This document shows, in pieces, positions 1 through 10,684 of a stretch of DNA of 64,000 bases. The notes below the pieces were generated by a model that was given only the letters and a program-made list of their open reading frames with translations, had not been told where the DNA came from and did no database searches. Origin of the DNA: Gammaproteobacteria bacterium. GTDB lineage: Bacteria > Pseudomonadota > Gammaproteobacteria > JABABF01. The number at the start of each line of letters is the position of its first letter. Position 1 is the first letter of the stretch. The DNA lies in the NCBI GenBank assembly GCA_965237805.1, contig OZ250153.1:1216001-1280000 (forward strand), given 5' to 3'. The position numbers and the translations under genes are program-made.

Positions 1-1990
1 CGATGGCAATGATGTGCCCGCTGTTGCCAGCATATTTATGCCAACCGAATGAGCTGCCCGCCTCGACCACCAAGCGGCGGGTGACGGCAGCTGGTAGCAC
101 CATTTCCCGGTAGTCCTCGCTTTGGCTGTCAAAGACATCGGTCGATGGCATCGAGACGACGCGCACACGCCGCGGTTTTTTGCGCTCCGCCATCGCTTGA
201 GCGGCGGCGATGGCCAGTGGGACTTCCGAGCCGGTGGCGATGACCAGTGCCTCGGGCAGCCCTTCTCCCGGCGGTTCCCAGAGGGTGTAGCCCCCTTGCG
301 CCACGGCTTCCACTTGGCTTTTAGTGCGGGCTTGTAACGGCAAGGCCTGCCGTGTCAGCACCAGTGCTGTCGGCCCCTCGTGGCGCTCCACGGTGGCGCG
401 CCACGCAGCGGCGGTTTCGACCAAATCGCAAGGTCGCCATGTCGAAATATTAGGTGTCGCACGCAACATTGCCAGATGTTCCACTGGCTGGTGGGTTGGA
501 CCATCCTCGCCCAGCGCGATGGAATCGTGGGTGTAGATCAAAGCACAGCGGCAGCCCATCATCGCCGCCATGCGCACGGCGCTACGGGTGTAGTCCGAGA
601 ACACGAGGAAAGTGCCGCCGTAGGGCAGGAAGCCGCCGTGGAGTGCAAGCCCGTTGAGAGTGGTCGTCATGCCGAATTCGCGCGCACCAAAATGGATGTA
701 GTTGCCGCCGTTGCGTTCGCCGTTGGTGACCACGTTGCTACCGGACCAGCGGGTGTTGTTGGAGGAGCTGAGGTCGGCCGAGCCGCCGATCAACTCCGGC
801 AATAGCGGGCCATAGTGTTCCAAGCACTGTCCCGAGGCTTGGCGAGTGGCGATGGACTCCCCGCTCTGCTGGCATCGGTAGATGAATTCAGCGGCCTCTT
901 CGGAGAAGCCGATCGGCAGTTCGCCTGTCAGTCGGCGTAGCAATTCGCTGTGCAGATTGGGGTGTTTCTTGCCGTAGAGCGCCAGCATTTTTTCCCACCG
1001 CTCGCGCACCGTGCGTCCTTGGCGCGTTGCCAGCCACGCTTGCTGTATGGCTTTGGGCACCATGAATGGCGGTTCATTCCAACCCAGCGCCTCGCGCGTT
1101 TGCGCCACTTCGCTCTCACCCAGCGGTCCGCCGTGGGTGGAGGCTGAACCCTGCTTGTTGGGTGCGCCGCGACCGATGACAGTCTTGCAACAGATCATGC
1201 TCGGCGTATCGTTTTGTTCGCGCGACTCGCGGATTGCCTCGCGGAGCGCCTGCGGGTCGTGCCCATCCACTTCGTCGATCACATGCCACCCGTAGGCGCG
1301 GAAGCGCATCGGCGTGTCGTCCGAGAACCAGCCGCGCACACAACCGTCGATAGAGATGCCGTTGTCATCGTAGCAAGCGATCAGTTTGCCGAGGCCCAGC
1401 CGTCCTGCCAGCGAGGCGGATTCATGGGAGATTCCCTCCATCAGGCAGCCGTCGCCGAGGAACACATAGGTGTAGTGGTCGATGATCGGGAAGCGGGAGC
1501 GGTTGAACTTTGTTGCCAGCACTTTCTCGGCCAAGGCCATGCCGACGGCATTGGCAAAGCCTTGTCCCAGCGGGCCGGTGGTGGTCTCGACACCGGGTGT
1601 CATTCCGTATTCTGGGTGGCCGGGCGTGCGTTGGTGCAGTTGGCGGAAATTTCGCAGCTCGTCGATGGAAAGATCGTAGCCGCTCAAATGTAACAGCGAG
1701 TAGAGCAGCATCGAGCCGTGGCCATTGGAGAGCACGAAGCGGTCACGGTTCGGCCATTGTGGCCGCGATGGGTCGTGTTGCAGGAATTCGCGCCACAGCA
1801 CTGTGGCGATGTCGGCCATGCCCATCGGCATGCCGGGATGGCCACTGCGTGCCGCCTGCACCGCGTCCATCGACAGGGCACGGATGGCGTTGCTCAGCTC
1901 GAAATGGTGCGGCACTTGTTGGGTATGTGGGCGCGTCACGACGACGCGACCAGATGCTGGAGCGGGGCGCTTGACAGGTTGCGACGACAT
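1..1990 (-). CDS. tkt: Transketolase (3' end runs off window start)
   Basis: Manual minus-strand translation gives ...[33 protein letters not shown]...[20 protein letters not shown]...[12 protein letters not shown]. Start ATG 1990, or a GTG slightly downstream. Absent from the ORF track because it is truncated. Confidence 0.95.
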   Translation of the reverse strand, partial: MSSQPVKRPAPASGRVVVTRPHTQQVPHHFELSNAIRALSMDAVQAARSGHPGMPMGMADIATVLWREFLQHDPSRPQWPNRDRFVLSNGHGSMLLYSLLHLSGYDLSIDELRNFRQLHQRTPGHPEYGMTPGVETTTGPLGQGFANAVGMALAEKVLATKFNRSRFPIIDHYTYVFLGDGCLMEGISHESASLAGRLGLGKLIACYDDNGISIDGCVRGWFSDDTPMRFRAYGWHVIDEVDGHDPQALREAIRESREQNDTPSMICCKTVIGRGAPNKQGSASTHGGPLGESEVAQTREALGWNEPPFMVPKAIQQAWLATRQGRTVRERWEKMLALYGKKHPNLHSELLRRLTGELPIGFSEEAAEFIYRCQQSGESIATRQASGQCLEHYGPLLPELIGGSADLSSSNNTRWSGSNVVTNGERNGGNYIHFGAREFGMTTTLNGLALHGGFLPYGGTFLVFSDYTRSAVRMAAMMGCRCALIYTHDSIALGEDGPTHQPVEHLAMLRATPNISTWRPCDLVETAAAWRATVERHEGPTALVLTRQALPLQARTKSQVEAVAQGGYTLWEPPGEGLPEALVIATGSEVPLAIAAAQAMAERKKPRRVRVVSMPSTDVFDSQSEDYREMVLPAAVTRRLVVEAGSSFGWHKYAGNSGHIIAI

Positions 1991-2180
1991 CTGATTTGGC
2001 GCTTGACAGCCCTGCGTTGGGGTGGGCGTTGAAAATGATATACTAAAATCTCAATGCGCAATCATGGTGGCCGCTTAGTCACGCATTGCAAGAGCGGTGC
2101 AACTGTGGTTGCCATTCCGTGATTCTGGGCGATATCGACTGTCGGCAGGGCACCATAAACCTACCGCAGACCCAAGTGTT

Positions 2181-3371
2181 ATGTCGAACAGCAGTTTGTT
2201 CACCTCGGAATCGGTTGCTGAGGGACATCCCGACAAAGTCGCCGATCAAGTTTCAGATGCCTTGTTGGATCATCTGCTGGCAGGCGACCCGGATTCACGC
2301 GTCGCGCTAGAAACCTTGGTCAAATCGGATATCGTGGTCATCGCCGGTGAGGTGCGGAGCGGGGCCGACCTGAGCGACGAGGTGTTGGAAGCGGTGGTGC
2401 GCGATACGGTGACGGGCATCGGCTATGACAACGAGGCGGTGGGACTGGATGGTCGCCATTGCCGCATTCTGAACTTCATCGGTGCGCAGTCGGTGGATAT
2501 TGCCGCAGGTGTCGATGCCGACGCAGAGCGGGGCAAGGACCAAGGGGCTGGCGATCAGGGCATGATGTATGGCTATGCCAGCGATGAGACCGAATCGCTC
2601 ATGCCAGCACCGATCCATTATGCCCATGCCTTGGTGCGCCGCCAAGCCGAGTGTCGTCACAGTGGAGTGTTGGGCTGGTTGCGGCCAGATGCCAAAAGCC
2701 AAGTCAGCGTGCGCTACGAGCAGGGTTGTCCGGTGGCGATCGATACCGTGGTGCTGTCGACGCAACACGATCCCGATGTCGACATAGCGACCGTGCGCGA
2801 GGCCGTGCGCGAGGAGATCATCGCCCCGATATTGCCAGCCGAGTGGCTCGGTGCCGACACCCGCTATCACATTAATCCAACCGGTCGCTTTGTCGTCGGC
2901 GGGCCGGTGGGGGACTGCGGGCTGACCGGTCGCAAAATCATCGTCGACAGCTATGGCGGCATGGCGCGCCACGGCGGCGGCGCATTCTCCGGTAAGGATC
3001 CGTCCAAGGTCGATCGCTCGGCTGCCTATATGGCACGCTATGTGGCCTGCAATGTGGTGCGCGCCGGTTTGGCTCGTCGCTGCGAGCTGCAATTGTCCTA
3101 TGCCATCGGCATCGCCGAGCCGGTGTCGGTGGTGGTGGACAGTTTTGGCACCGGCGTGTTGTCGGACACGCGCTTGGCTGACTTGGTGCGCGAGCATTTC
3201 CCGTTGCGTCCGGCAGCGTTGACGCGGGCGTTGGATTTGACGCGGCAACGCTATCTGCCAGTGGCCGCCTACGGCCATTTCGGTCGACCGGAATTGGCAT
3301 TGCCGTGGGAGGACACGCGACCGGCTGCCGCACTGGCTGAGGCGGCAGGGGGTGTCGCCCCCGGACCATGA
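2181..3371 (+). CDS. metK: S-adenosylmethionine synthetase
   Basis: [35 protein letters not shown] motifs; start set at ATG 2181 rather than TTG 2097. Confidence 0.97.
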   Translation: MSNSSLFTSESVAEGHPDKVADQVSDALLDHLLAGDPDSRVALETLVKSDIVVIAGEVRSGADLSDEVLEAVVRDTVTGIGYDNEAVGLDGRHCRILNFIGAQSVDIAAGVDADAERGKDQGAGDQGMMYGYASDETESLMPAPIHYAHALVRRQAECRHSGVLGWLRPDAKSQVSVRYEQGCPVAIDTVVLSTQHDPDVDIATVREAVREEIIAPILPAEWLGADTRYHINPTGRFVVGGPVGDCGLTGRKIIVDSYGGMARHGGGAFSGKDPSKVDRSAAYMARYVACNVVRAGLARRCELQLSYAIGIAEPVSVVVDSFGTGVLSDTRLADLVREHFPLRPAALTRALDLTRQRYLPVAAYGHFGRPELALPWEDTRPAAALAEAAGGVAPGP

Positions 3372-4735
3372 GCGGCACCGGAGATTATCGCGTCGCCGAT
3401 CTGTCTTTGGCCGACTGGGGGCGGCGTGAAATCGAGCTGGCCGAGACCGAGATGCCAGCACTGATGTCGTTGCGCGCACGCTATCGCGCCGAGCAGCCAT
3501 TGGCTGGTGCCCGCATTATGGGTTGCATTCACATGACAGTGCAGACCGCTGTTTTGGTCGAGAGCTTGCAGGACTTGGGTGCCGAGCTGCGCTGGTCCTC
3601 TTGCAATATCTTCTCGACCCAAGATCACGCCGCTGCCGCGCTGGCCGCCAACGGTGTGCCGGTCTTCGCCTGGAAGGGCGAGACCGAAGAGGAGTACCTG
3701 TGGTGCATAGAGCAGACCATCCTGCATGATGGTGAGCCGTGGGGTGCCAACATGGTGCTGGATGATGGCGGCGACTTGAGCGAGCTGCTCCACACTCGCT
3801 TCCCCGAGCTGCTGGCAAGTGTGCATGGCATCAGCGAAGAAACCACGACTGGGGTGCGCCGCTTGGAGCAGATGCTGGCGCGGGGCGAGCTGCGGGTGCC
3901 GGTGATCAATGTCAACGATGCCGTCACCAAGTCCAAGAACGACAACCGCTATGGCTGTCGGCACGGCCTCAGCGATGCCATCAAGCGAGCTACCGACCAT
4001 CTGCTAGCTAGCAAGCGTGCGCTGGTGATGGGTTACGGCGATGTCGGCAAAGGCGCGGCTCAATCTCTGCGCCAAGAAGGCGCGGTGGTGCGTGTTAGCG
4101 AGGTGGATCCGATCTGCGCGATGCAGGCTTGCATGGATGGCTACGAAGTGGTTTCGCCCTATGTCGGCGGTGTCAACACCGGTAACGATGACTGCGTCAA
4201 CCGAGCTTTGCTCGGTGCCACCGACTTGCTGGTGACGGCGACTGGCAATGTCAATGTCTGCGACCGGCTCGTGCTGTCGGCACTCAAACTCTATGCCGTG
4301 GTCTGCAACATCGGCCATTTCGACCACGAGATCGATGTCGCCTTCATGCGCAAGCAATGGCGCTGGGAAGAGATCAAGCCGCAGGTGCACCGCATCTATC
4401 GTGCGGACAACGATTTTCTGCTGCTGTTGTCCGAGGGGAGGCTGGCCAATTTGGGCAATGCCACAGGGCATCCCTCACGCATCATGGACGGCTCTTTTGC
4501 CAATCAATTGCTGGCGCAGATGCATTTGTTCGCGCAGGGTTATGCCGATTGCCCACCTGAGGAGCAGCGGCGGCTGTTGCGGGTCGAGGTATTGCCGCGC
4601 ACACTGGACGAAGAGGTCGCACGTCATATGGTGGCCGGCTTTGGTGGCATGATGACCCAGCTCAGCGCTGAGCAGAGCGACTACTTGGATATCCAAGTAG
4701 AGGGTCCGTTCAAGGGCGATGCCTACAAATATTGA
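3368..4735 (+). CDS. ahcY: Adenosylhomocysteinase
   Basis: [45 protein letters not shown] motifs. Confidence 0.97.
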   Translation: MSGTGDYRVADLSLADWGRREIELAETEMPALMSLRARYRAEQPLAGARIMGCIHMTVQTAVLVESLQDLGAELRWSSCNIFSTQDHAAAALAANGVPVFAWKGETEEEYLWCIEQTILHDGEPWGANMVLDDGGDLSELLHTRFPELLASVHGISEETTTGVRRLEQMLARGELRVPVINVNDAVTKSKNDNRYGCRHGLSDAIKRATDHLLASKRALVMGYGDVGKGAAQSLRQEGAVVRVSEVDPICAMQACMDGYEVVSPYVGGVNTGNDDCVNRALLGATDLLVTATGNVNVCDRLVLSALKLYAVVCNIGHFDHEIDVAFMRKQWRWEEIKPQVHRIYRADNDFLLLLSEGRLANLGNATGHPSRIMDGSFANQLLAQMHLFAQGYADCPPEEQRRLLRVEVLPRTLDEEVARHMVAGFGGMMTQLSAEQSDYLDIQVEGPFKGDAYKY

Positions 4736-5606
4736 GGGTGGCGAGCGCACGGGGGATGCACGCTCTCGCCCACCGCTGAGCTTTGAGTTCTTCCCGCCGC
4801 GCAGCGAGGCGGGTAGCCGCGACTTGGACGCTACACGTCGCAGCTTGGCCGCCTTTGAGCCGGAGCTGTTTTCGGTCACCTACGGTGCTGGCGGGAGCAC
4901 TTTTGATGGCACCCGGGATACCGTGCGGGCGATACGCAATGATGGGCACCGCGTGGCACCTCATCTGTCGCTCAGCACCGGATCGGTGGATGGCGAGCGC
5001 ATCGGGGAGTTGCTGGACGACTACCGCGACCTAGGGGTACGTGATCTGGTGGCGTTGCGCGGCGATGCGCCAGCGGCCGGGCGCGGACCGGTGCAGCACT
5101 ATGCCGAAGAACTGGTGCGCTTCATTCGCGAGCGCACCGGGGATCATTTCCGCATCGCTGTCGCGGCCTATCCCGAGTGCCATCCGGACAGCGCTGACAT
5201 GGCGACGGAGTTGCGCTTTTTGCGAAGCAAATTGGAGGCCGGTGCCGATCTGATGATCACCCAATTTTTCTTCAATAGCGATGCGTATTTCTATTTCCGC
5301 GATGCGCTGTGCCGTCTCGGTATCGAGCAACCGATACGCCCGGGCATCATGCCGCTGAGCAATCCTGAGCAGCTGTACCGCTTTGCCGCACGCTGTGGAG
5401 CCGATGTGCCGCATTGGTTGCGCGCCCAGTTGGACCACCGCGCCAGCGACGCTGCGGGGTGCGCTGAATTCGGCACCGAATTCATCACCGGAATGTGTCG
5501 TCGCCTGCTCGATGGCGGGGCACCGGGATTGCATTTCTACACCCTGAATCGGGCCGACGCGAGCGCCGAGATTTGCCGCCGCTTGGCCTGCTGGGGCGCT
5601 GGTTGA
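4719..5606 (+). CDS. metF: 5,10-methylenetetrahydrofolate reductase
   Basis: [35 protein letters not shown] motifs. Confidence 0.95.
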   Translation: MPTNIEGGERTGDARSRPPLSFEFFPPRSEAGSRDLDATRRSLAAFEPELFSVTYGAGGSTFDGTRDTVRAIRNDGHRVAPHLSLSTGSVDGERIGELLDDYRDLGVRDLVALRGDAPAAGRGPVQHYAEELVRFIRERTGDHFRIAVAAYPECHPDSADMATELRFLRSKLEAGADLMITQFFFNSDAYFYFRDALCRLGIEQPIRPGIMPLSNPEQLYRFAARCGADVPHWLRAQLDHRASDAAGCAEFGTEFITGMCRRLLDGGAPGLHFYTLNRADASAEICRRLACWGAG

Positions 5607-5650
5607 GCTGCGGGTTGCGCGGCGCGAGCTGAAACCGGAAAATTTGGACA

Positions 5651-6361
5651 GTGCGCCACCCACGGATCTACACCGATCAGGCGCTGGCCAGCGGTGAGTG
5701 CCTGCGCTTGGAAGAGGGCGCATCGCGTCATCTGAGCCTCGTATTGCGCCAGCGCGTCGGCGACACCCTGATCTTGTTCAATGGCAGGGGTGGCGAATAC
5801 AGCGCTCGTGTACTCGATGTCGATGACAAGAATGCGATGGTCGAGGTGGAGCTCGGCAGCTTCGACGATGTCAGCCGCGAGTCGTCGCACCATGTGCATG
5901 TGGGCGCTCCAGTGCTGCGCGGTGCGCGCATGGATTTCCTGATCCAAAAGGCGGTGGAGTTGGGTGTCGCGGAATTGAGTTTGTTGCACTGTGAGCACGG
6001 CGGGACGGCGAGCCCGCGCCGGTCGCGCTGGTTGCAACAGATCGTCCATGCCTGTGAGCAGAGTGGCCGCACGCGGCTACCCATCTTGCACGCTCCGGTG
6101 CTGTTGGCGGATTGGTTGGCAGGGGTGGAGGCAGAGCGGCGGTTGTTGCTGTGTCCTCTGGGAGAGCCGCAACTGCTGCCGTTGCCGCCGCAGCGCGTCG
6201 CGTTGTTGTCCGGTCCCGAGGGAGGCTGGTCGACAGCCGAGCGCGAGGCGGCGTTGGCAGCGGGTTTTATCGCCTGGCGCTTGGGGCGGCGTGTGTTGCG
6301 TGCGGAGACAGCGCCGCTGGCGGCACTGGCGGCACTGGAGCAGCTGTCGGTTGCGGTCTGA
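5651..6361 (+). CDS. rsmE: 16S rRNA m3U1498 methyltransferase
   Basis: HLSLVLR, QKAVELGV, ACEQSGR, GPEGG, LGRRVLRAETA motifs. Confidence 0.93.
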   Translation: MRHPRIYTDQALASGECLRLEEGASRHLSLVLRQRVGDTLILFNGRGGEYSARVLDVDDKNAMVEVELGSFDDVSRESSHHVHVGAPVLRGARMDFLIQKAVELGVAELSLLHCEHGGTASPRRSRWLQQIVHACEQSGRTRLPILHAPVLLADWLAGVEAERRLLLCPLGEPQLLPLPPQRVALLSGPEGGWSTAEREAALAAGFIAWRLGRRVLRAETAPLAALAALEQLSVAV

Positions 6362-6391
6362 AGCCGTCTGCCGCTGCGTTCGCGCCTGCTT

Positions 6392-7606
6392 TCAGCCTTT
6401 GGTGGCGCTACTTTTTGCCTCTGCTAGCAGCTGGTGGCTGTTAGCAAATTCTCCCTGTGCGGCGGCGACCCGCGACAGCTCGGCGAGGATGTCGGCATCC
6501 ATGGCTCGCAGCTGCGCCGCTCGTTGCAGCTGTTCGGTGGCCTTGCTCAACACGCCTTGGCGCAGATATAGCCGCCCCAAGCACAGAGCCAAGTCGGGAT
6601 CGTCTTGATGTTGCTCCAGCCATGCGCTGGCCGCTTCGATTTGGGCTTCCACTCGTTCCCCGGCGACCAGCCCGTAGAGGCGCACCAGTTGTGGGTGCCA
6701 CATCTTCTTTAGCTGCGCTTCGATCTCCCGCGCCGCCATCTCAGCTCCGCTCTGGTTTGTCTGCAAGCCTGTCAACTCAAGGTAATGGGCGATGCAGTCG
6801 ATGGAGTCTTTGATGCGGCCCGGCGCTTTGTCCCAACTGTGCTGCAACGATTGCAGGCGCATGGCTTGGTCTGCTGTGGCCGCTTGGTCCAGTCGGTGCA
6901 TCCAGATTTGCTGTTGCCATGCCACATCGCTCGCGTTGCCGTCGCGGGGAGCTTGGTCGAACAACTGTTCCAGCTGCTCCGTCTGCCCCGACTCTTGGTA
7001 CACCAATGCCAAGTGATGCCGCGCACCATGGTGCCGTGGATATTCTTCGAGAAAATCTGTCAGCCGTGTCGCCCGCTGCTCCGGTGTGGCATGCGCCGCT
7101 TTGCCGGGAGCGATGGCGCGGAGATAGGCGAGCGTCTGCTGTGATTCCTTGTCCAGCTCCATATCTTTGGCTTGGAGCAGGTAGTGGGCAAGCACATCCG
7201 CATCGCCCTGTGCCATGGCGGCTTGTGCAGCCAGCAGTATGAACATGGGGGCGTGCCGACCTTGGCTACGAGCGCCTTGCGACAAGCTGCGGTGGGCCAA
7301 GGGCCAATCTTCGGAGATGAAGGCGGCGAGGCCGGTACTCATGTGCTCGGCGTGGCTGTCGACGCGCTTGGCACGCCATAAGTTGCCGAGTGCACCGGGC
7401 AAGGAGAATAGGCCGATCAATACCCTGAGTAGCAGATAGCTGAAGAAGACGATGGCGACGAATAGGAACAGGCCAGTCAGCAAGGGAGTGCGGTACTCCG
7501 AGCCGTGCCACCGGATTTCCACATGACCGGGTACATTGCTGAACACGGCGGCGCTGATCATGACCAAGCCAGTCACGATCAGCGTGCCCCATAGATATGC
7601 TCTCAT
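6392..7606 (-). CDS. hemY: HemY-like membrane/TPR protein of the hemCDXY operon
   Basis: Two N-terminal TM segments, C-terminal TPR-like region (LALCLGRLYLRQG), position after hemX. Confidence 0.8.
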   Translation of the reverse strand: MRAYLWGTLIVTGLVMISAAVFSNVPGHVEIRWHGSEYRTPLLTGLFLFVAIVFFSYLLLRVLIGLFSLPGALGNLWRAKRVDSHAEHMSTGLAAFISEDWPLAHRSLSQGARSQGRHAPMFILLAAQAAMAQGDADVLAHYLLQAKDMELDKESQQTLAYLRAIAPGKAAHATPEQRATRLTDFLEEYPRHHGARHHLALVYQESGQTEQLEQLFDQAPRDGNASDVAWQQQIWMHRLDQAATADQAMRLQSLQHSWDKAPGRIKDSIDCIAHYLELTGLQTNQSGAEMAAREIEAQLKKMWHPQLVRLYGLVAGERVEAQIEAASAWLEQHQDDPDLALCLGRLYLRQGVLSKATEQLQRAAQLRAMDADILAELSRVAAAQGEFANSHQLLAEAKSSATKG

Positions 7607-8811
7607 GGCATGGCGGCCTTGCTTGTGGTGGGGTTGAACGGTGCGGGATTGCTGGCTGCGATCAGCTGATCCAAGGCACGCAACGATGGTGGCTCTCGGA
7701 ACGGCGGTGCCACGATTTGCAGCTTGCCCAACTGCTCGAGCAAAGAGCGCATTTGTGTTACTGGTTGTCCGTTGGGGTCAAAGTGTAGCGCAAGCCACTC
7801 GGCGGCTCGGTCGGCGTTCCCGTGTACCCCCTGCTTGTCATGTAGTGCCAGCGCCAGCTGCAGCTGCGTCAAATACAGCCGCAATCGTGCGCGTGGTCGC
7901 TTGGCCGCCTCCGCATCTGTCTCTCCTGTCGCGATAGCTACCGCCTCCACGGCGTGTACTTCCACCAGCGAGCCAAGCCGTTGCGCGATGTCATCCAGCC
8001 AGACGCCGACAGAGCCCAAGCGCGTCAGCAGCGGTGCCAAGCCACCGTCCCATGTCACTGGCGGGAGAGTGGTGGTTCGCAATGGCAAGCTGTCGACGGC
8101 GATGATGTGGTCGCCCAGCTGGTAGCGGTAGCGTCGCAGATCCGGCTGCTGCATGGCGCTTAGCGTGGTCTGTTCGGCCGCTATGGCGCGCCGCACATCG
8201 ATCAGGCGGGCATCTGGCAATGTTGCCAGCATACTCAGGGCACCGCCGAGCAAGCGGCACGCCGCTGCCGTGTCATGGTGCATTTCCAACTGTGTGCTGA
8301 CGCCGCTGAGCAGCATGCGAGCCGTTTCCACGCGCCACTGTGTCATCAGGGCGCGTCCCGGCTCGCGAAATTTCTGTTCCAGCGTGGCCAGTGCCGTTTG
8401 CTGGTGCTGCAGGCGTGCTGTCAGCGCATCGTGTCGGCGCAGTTGCTGTTGCCGCTCTTCGCGTAGCTGCCGCTGTGCCAGTTCCATGGCATCGTGCTGT
8501 CGCTGTCGCTCGTGATTTTGTTGGCTCAGCTGTTGCGCAAAGGCGCGCCGTTCTTGGCGCGCCTGTTGCAATTGCCCAAAAGCCCAGTAACCGCTGATGG
8601 TGGTGGCTGCGAATAGCACACCGATCAAAAATAGCGAGACGGCGAGACCCCAAGTGCGCGTTGGCGATGCGAACGCACGCTCAGCTTTGGTGGCCGCTGG
8701 CGTTGTGGTTTGGGCATTGCCAGCCTCACCGCGCCCCTCAGGGTGATCGGTGGGCGTGGCAACGGCATTTTTCATCAGCGCAAAATCCTGTTTTCTGGCA
8801 GGCGACCGCAC
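7603..8811 (-). CDS. hemX: HemX family membrane protein
   Basis: N-terminal TM helix, coiled coil, AAEWLALHFD segment, position between hemD and hemY; start may be ATG 8775. Confidence 0.75.
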   Translation of the reverse strand: MRSPARKQDFALMKNAVATPTDHPEGRGEAGNAQTTTPAATKAERAFASPTRTWGLAVSLFLIGVLFAATTISGYWAFGQLQQARQERRAFAQQLSQQNHERQRQHDAMELAQRQLREERQQQLRRHDALTARLQHQQTALATLEQKFREPGRALMTQWRVETARMLLSGVSTQLEMHHDTAAACRLLGGALSMLATLPDARLIDVRRAIAAEQTTLSAMQQPDLRRYRYQLGDHIIAVDSLPLRTTTLPPVTWDGGLAPLLTRLGSVGVWLDDIAQRLGSLVEVHAVEAVAIATGETDAEAAKRPRARLRLYLTQLQLALALHDKQGVHGNADRAAEWLALHFDPNGQPVTQMRSLLEQLGKLQIVAPPFREPPSLRALDQLIAASNPAPFNPTTSKAAMP

Positions 8812-8875
8812 TCAAAATATGACGCTGGCGATTATAGCAAAGCAGTGCTCGTGCTCCGCTCGAAACGCTTGGCTG

Positions 8876-9652
8876 TCATTGGGCAAAGGCTTGGGCCAAC
8901 GCCCTGGCCAGCGGCTTGGCGGCGGCTGTCGGAGCGACGGCGATGCGTTGGAAGTTTGCTGCGCACGAGTGATCGTGCAGCCGTTGGCCGGGCACGCACA
9001 GCGGCAAGCTGCGCAGCGCCGCCACTTCGTCGCCTGCCAGCTGCACTAGGTTGTCGAGCATGGCAGCGCTGGTGGCGATGGTGGCATCGAGCTGTCCGTT
9101 GCTCAGGCAGTGTTGCAACGGTGCAGCGCTGGCCTCAGGGCAACCCCGTCGGTAGACTTCACAGTAGCTCAGCTCGGCACCGCGGGCGCTCAGGGTCTTG
9201 CCGAGCCACCGTCGCCCGCCGCAGCCGCGGACGATCATCACCGTCTGGCCGTCGAGCTGTTGCAATTTCGGGCGCTGGACTAGGGCTTGGCCACCGGCCC
9301 CGTCGGTCGCTTCGAGGACGCTGAGTCCCGCGGCGCTGAGCGCGGCGGCGGTGGCGGGGCCGATGGCGTGGCAGGGCGGCCAGTGCGAGATGCCATCGCC
9401 TAGCTCGTGGGCCAGTGCGACGGCGTAGCGCACCGCGTTGGCACTGACAAAAATGATGTGCTGACAGTTGTCGAAGCGCGCCAGCTGCGCCAGTGCCCGT
9501 TGTCGTGCGCGACCAGACAGCGCATCGATGCTCAGCGCCGGGATCGTTTCGCTCTCGGCACCGAAGTCGGCCAGCGCGGCGCACAGTGTGCGCTCTTGCC
9601 CGACCGGCCGCGGCACCAACACACGCCAGCCAGAGAGCGCGCCGCCGCTCAT
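8876..9652 (-). CDS. hemD: Uroporphyrinogen-III synthase
   Basis: VLVPRP, IFVSANAV, AIGPATAAAL, EVYRR; ATG overlaps the hemC stop (ORF-track start at 10024 is over-extended). Confidence 0.9.
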   Translation of the reverse strand: MSGGALSGWRVLVPRPVGQERTLCAALADFGAESETIPALSIDALSGRARQRALAQLARFDNCQHIIFVSANAVRYAVALAHELGDGISHWPPCHAIGPATAAALSAAGLSVLEATDGAGGQALVQRPKLQQLDGQTVMIVRGCGGRRWLGKTLSARGAELSYCEVYRRGCPEASAAPLQHCLSNGQLDATIATSAAMLDNLVQLAGDEVAALRSLPLCVPGQRLHDHSCAANFQRIAVAPTAAAKPLARALAQAFAQ

Positions 9653-10650
9653 GGTGCCGCCCCCAACAGCTGGGCGACACCGCCCTGTTGCAAGGTGTCG
9701 GCCACAGCCTGTCCCAAGGCCGCCGGCACATGTCCCCGGGCTTCGGCGCGCAACAGGCGGCTGCCGTCGGCATTGCCGATGATGCCGCGCAGCCATAGCT
9801 CGCCGTCCTGCGCCGTTCCACCTGCGCCCCGCGGCACTGGGGCAGGATCTCCAGCAACCGTTGCCGCCATTTGCTTGACTGGTATGGCATAGGCACCGAG
9901 CGGGAGCTGACACAGTGGCAGCGCCATATCCAAGGCCGCTTCCAAGGCCACGCACAGAGCACGCTCCGCCGCCACGCAGGCACTGGTGAGTGGATCGCTC
10001 AGATGCTCGAGCCACGGTGCCCACTCGTCGCGGTCACTCTGACGGAATTCCACTGCCAGCGCACCTTGGCCACAGGCGGGAAGGCATAGTGACGGCGGCA
10101 GATATTCCGCGATGCGGTGCTTTAAACCTAGGCGCGCAAGCCCTGCGGCAGCCAAGACCAAGGCATCGACATCGCCCTGTTCGAGTCGCTCAAGCCGCGT
10201 GTGCATATTGCCGCGCAATGCGACCCATTGCAGCTCGGGATATGCTCCTCGCAGCTGGCTTTGGCGGCGCGGGCTGGACGTGCCGACCCGCGCCCCGGGC
10301 ATCAGCGCGTCCAAGCTGCCAGCAGGGCTGACGAGGGCATCTGCCGCCGATGCTCGGGTTCCCACCACCGCCACGCTGAGCCCGGCTGGCAACACGGTGG
10401 GGACATCTTTCATGGAATGTACGGCGACATCGGCATCACCCGACAATAGGGCTTGCTCCAATTCTTTGACGAATCCGCGCTTGCCGCTTTCCTCGCCGCG
10501 ATCCCCTGCGGTGCTGAGTGGTTGCAACACCGGTTGCCGTGTTGCTCCGGCAGTGCTGAGAGCCGTGCTAAACCACTTTGCTTGCCACATTGCCAACGGG
10601 CTTTTGCGGGTTGCGATACGCAACTGTGCCATGCCTTTGGTCATTCGCAC
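9649..10650 (-). CDS. hemC: Hydroxymethylbilane synthase (porphobilinogen deaminase)
   Basis: LRIATRKSPLAMWQA, FVKELE, AVHSMKDVP, GTSSPRR, LPACGQGAL motifs. Confidence 0.95.
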   Translation of the reverse strand: MRMTKGMAQLRIATRKSPLAMWQAKWFSTALSTAGATRQPVLQPLSTAGDRGEESGKRGFVKELEQALLSGDADVAVHSMKDVPTVLPAGLSVAVVGTRASAADALVSPAGSLDALMPGARVGTSSPRRQSQLRGAYPELQWVALRGNMHTRLERLEQGDVDALVLAAAGLARLGLKHRIAEYLPPSLCLPACGQGALAVEFRQSDRDEWAPWLEHLSDPLTSACVAAERALCVALEAALDMALPLCQLPLGAYAIPVKQMAATVAGDPAPVPRGAGGTAQDGELWLRGIIGNADGSRLLRAEARGHVPAALGQAVADTLQQGGVAQLLGAAP

Positions 10651-10684
10651 GGTGTCCCTATGCGCGCTGGCATGATGATAACCT

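Noticed and set aside
122-2032. Plus-strand ORFs over tkt, and the many long antisense ORFs elsewhere (e.g. 2307-3500, 47175-48155, 57742-58740)
   Set aside because: Shadow ORFs expected from high-GC codon bias opposite well-supported genes.
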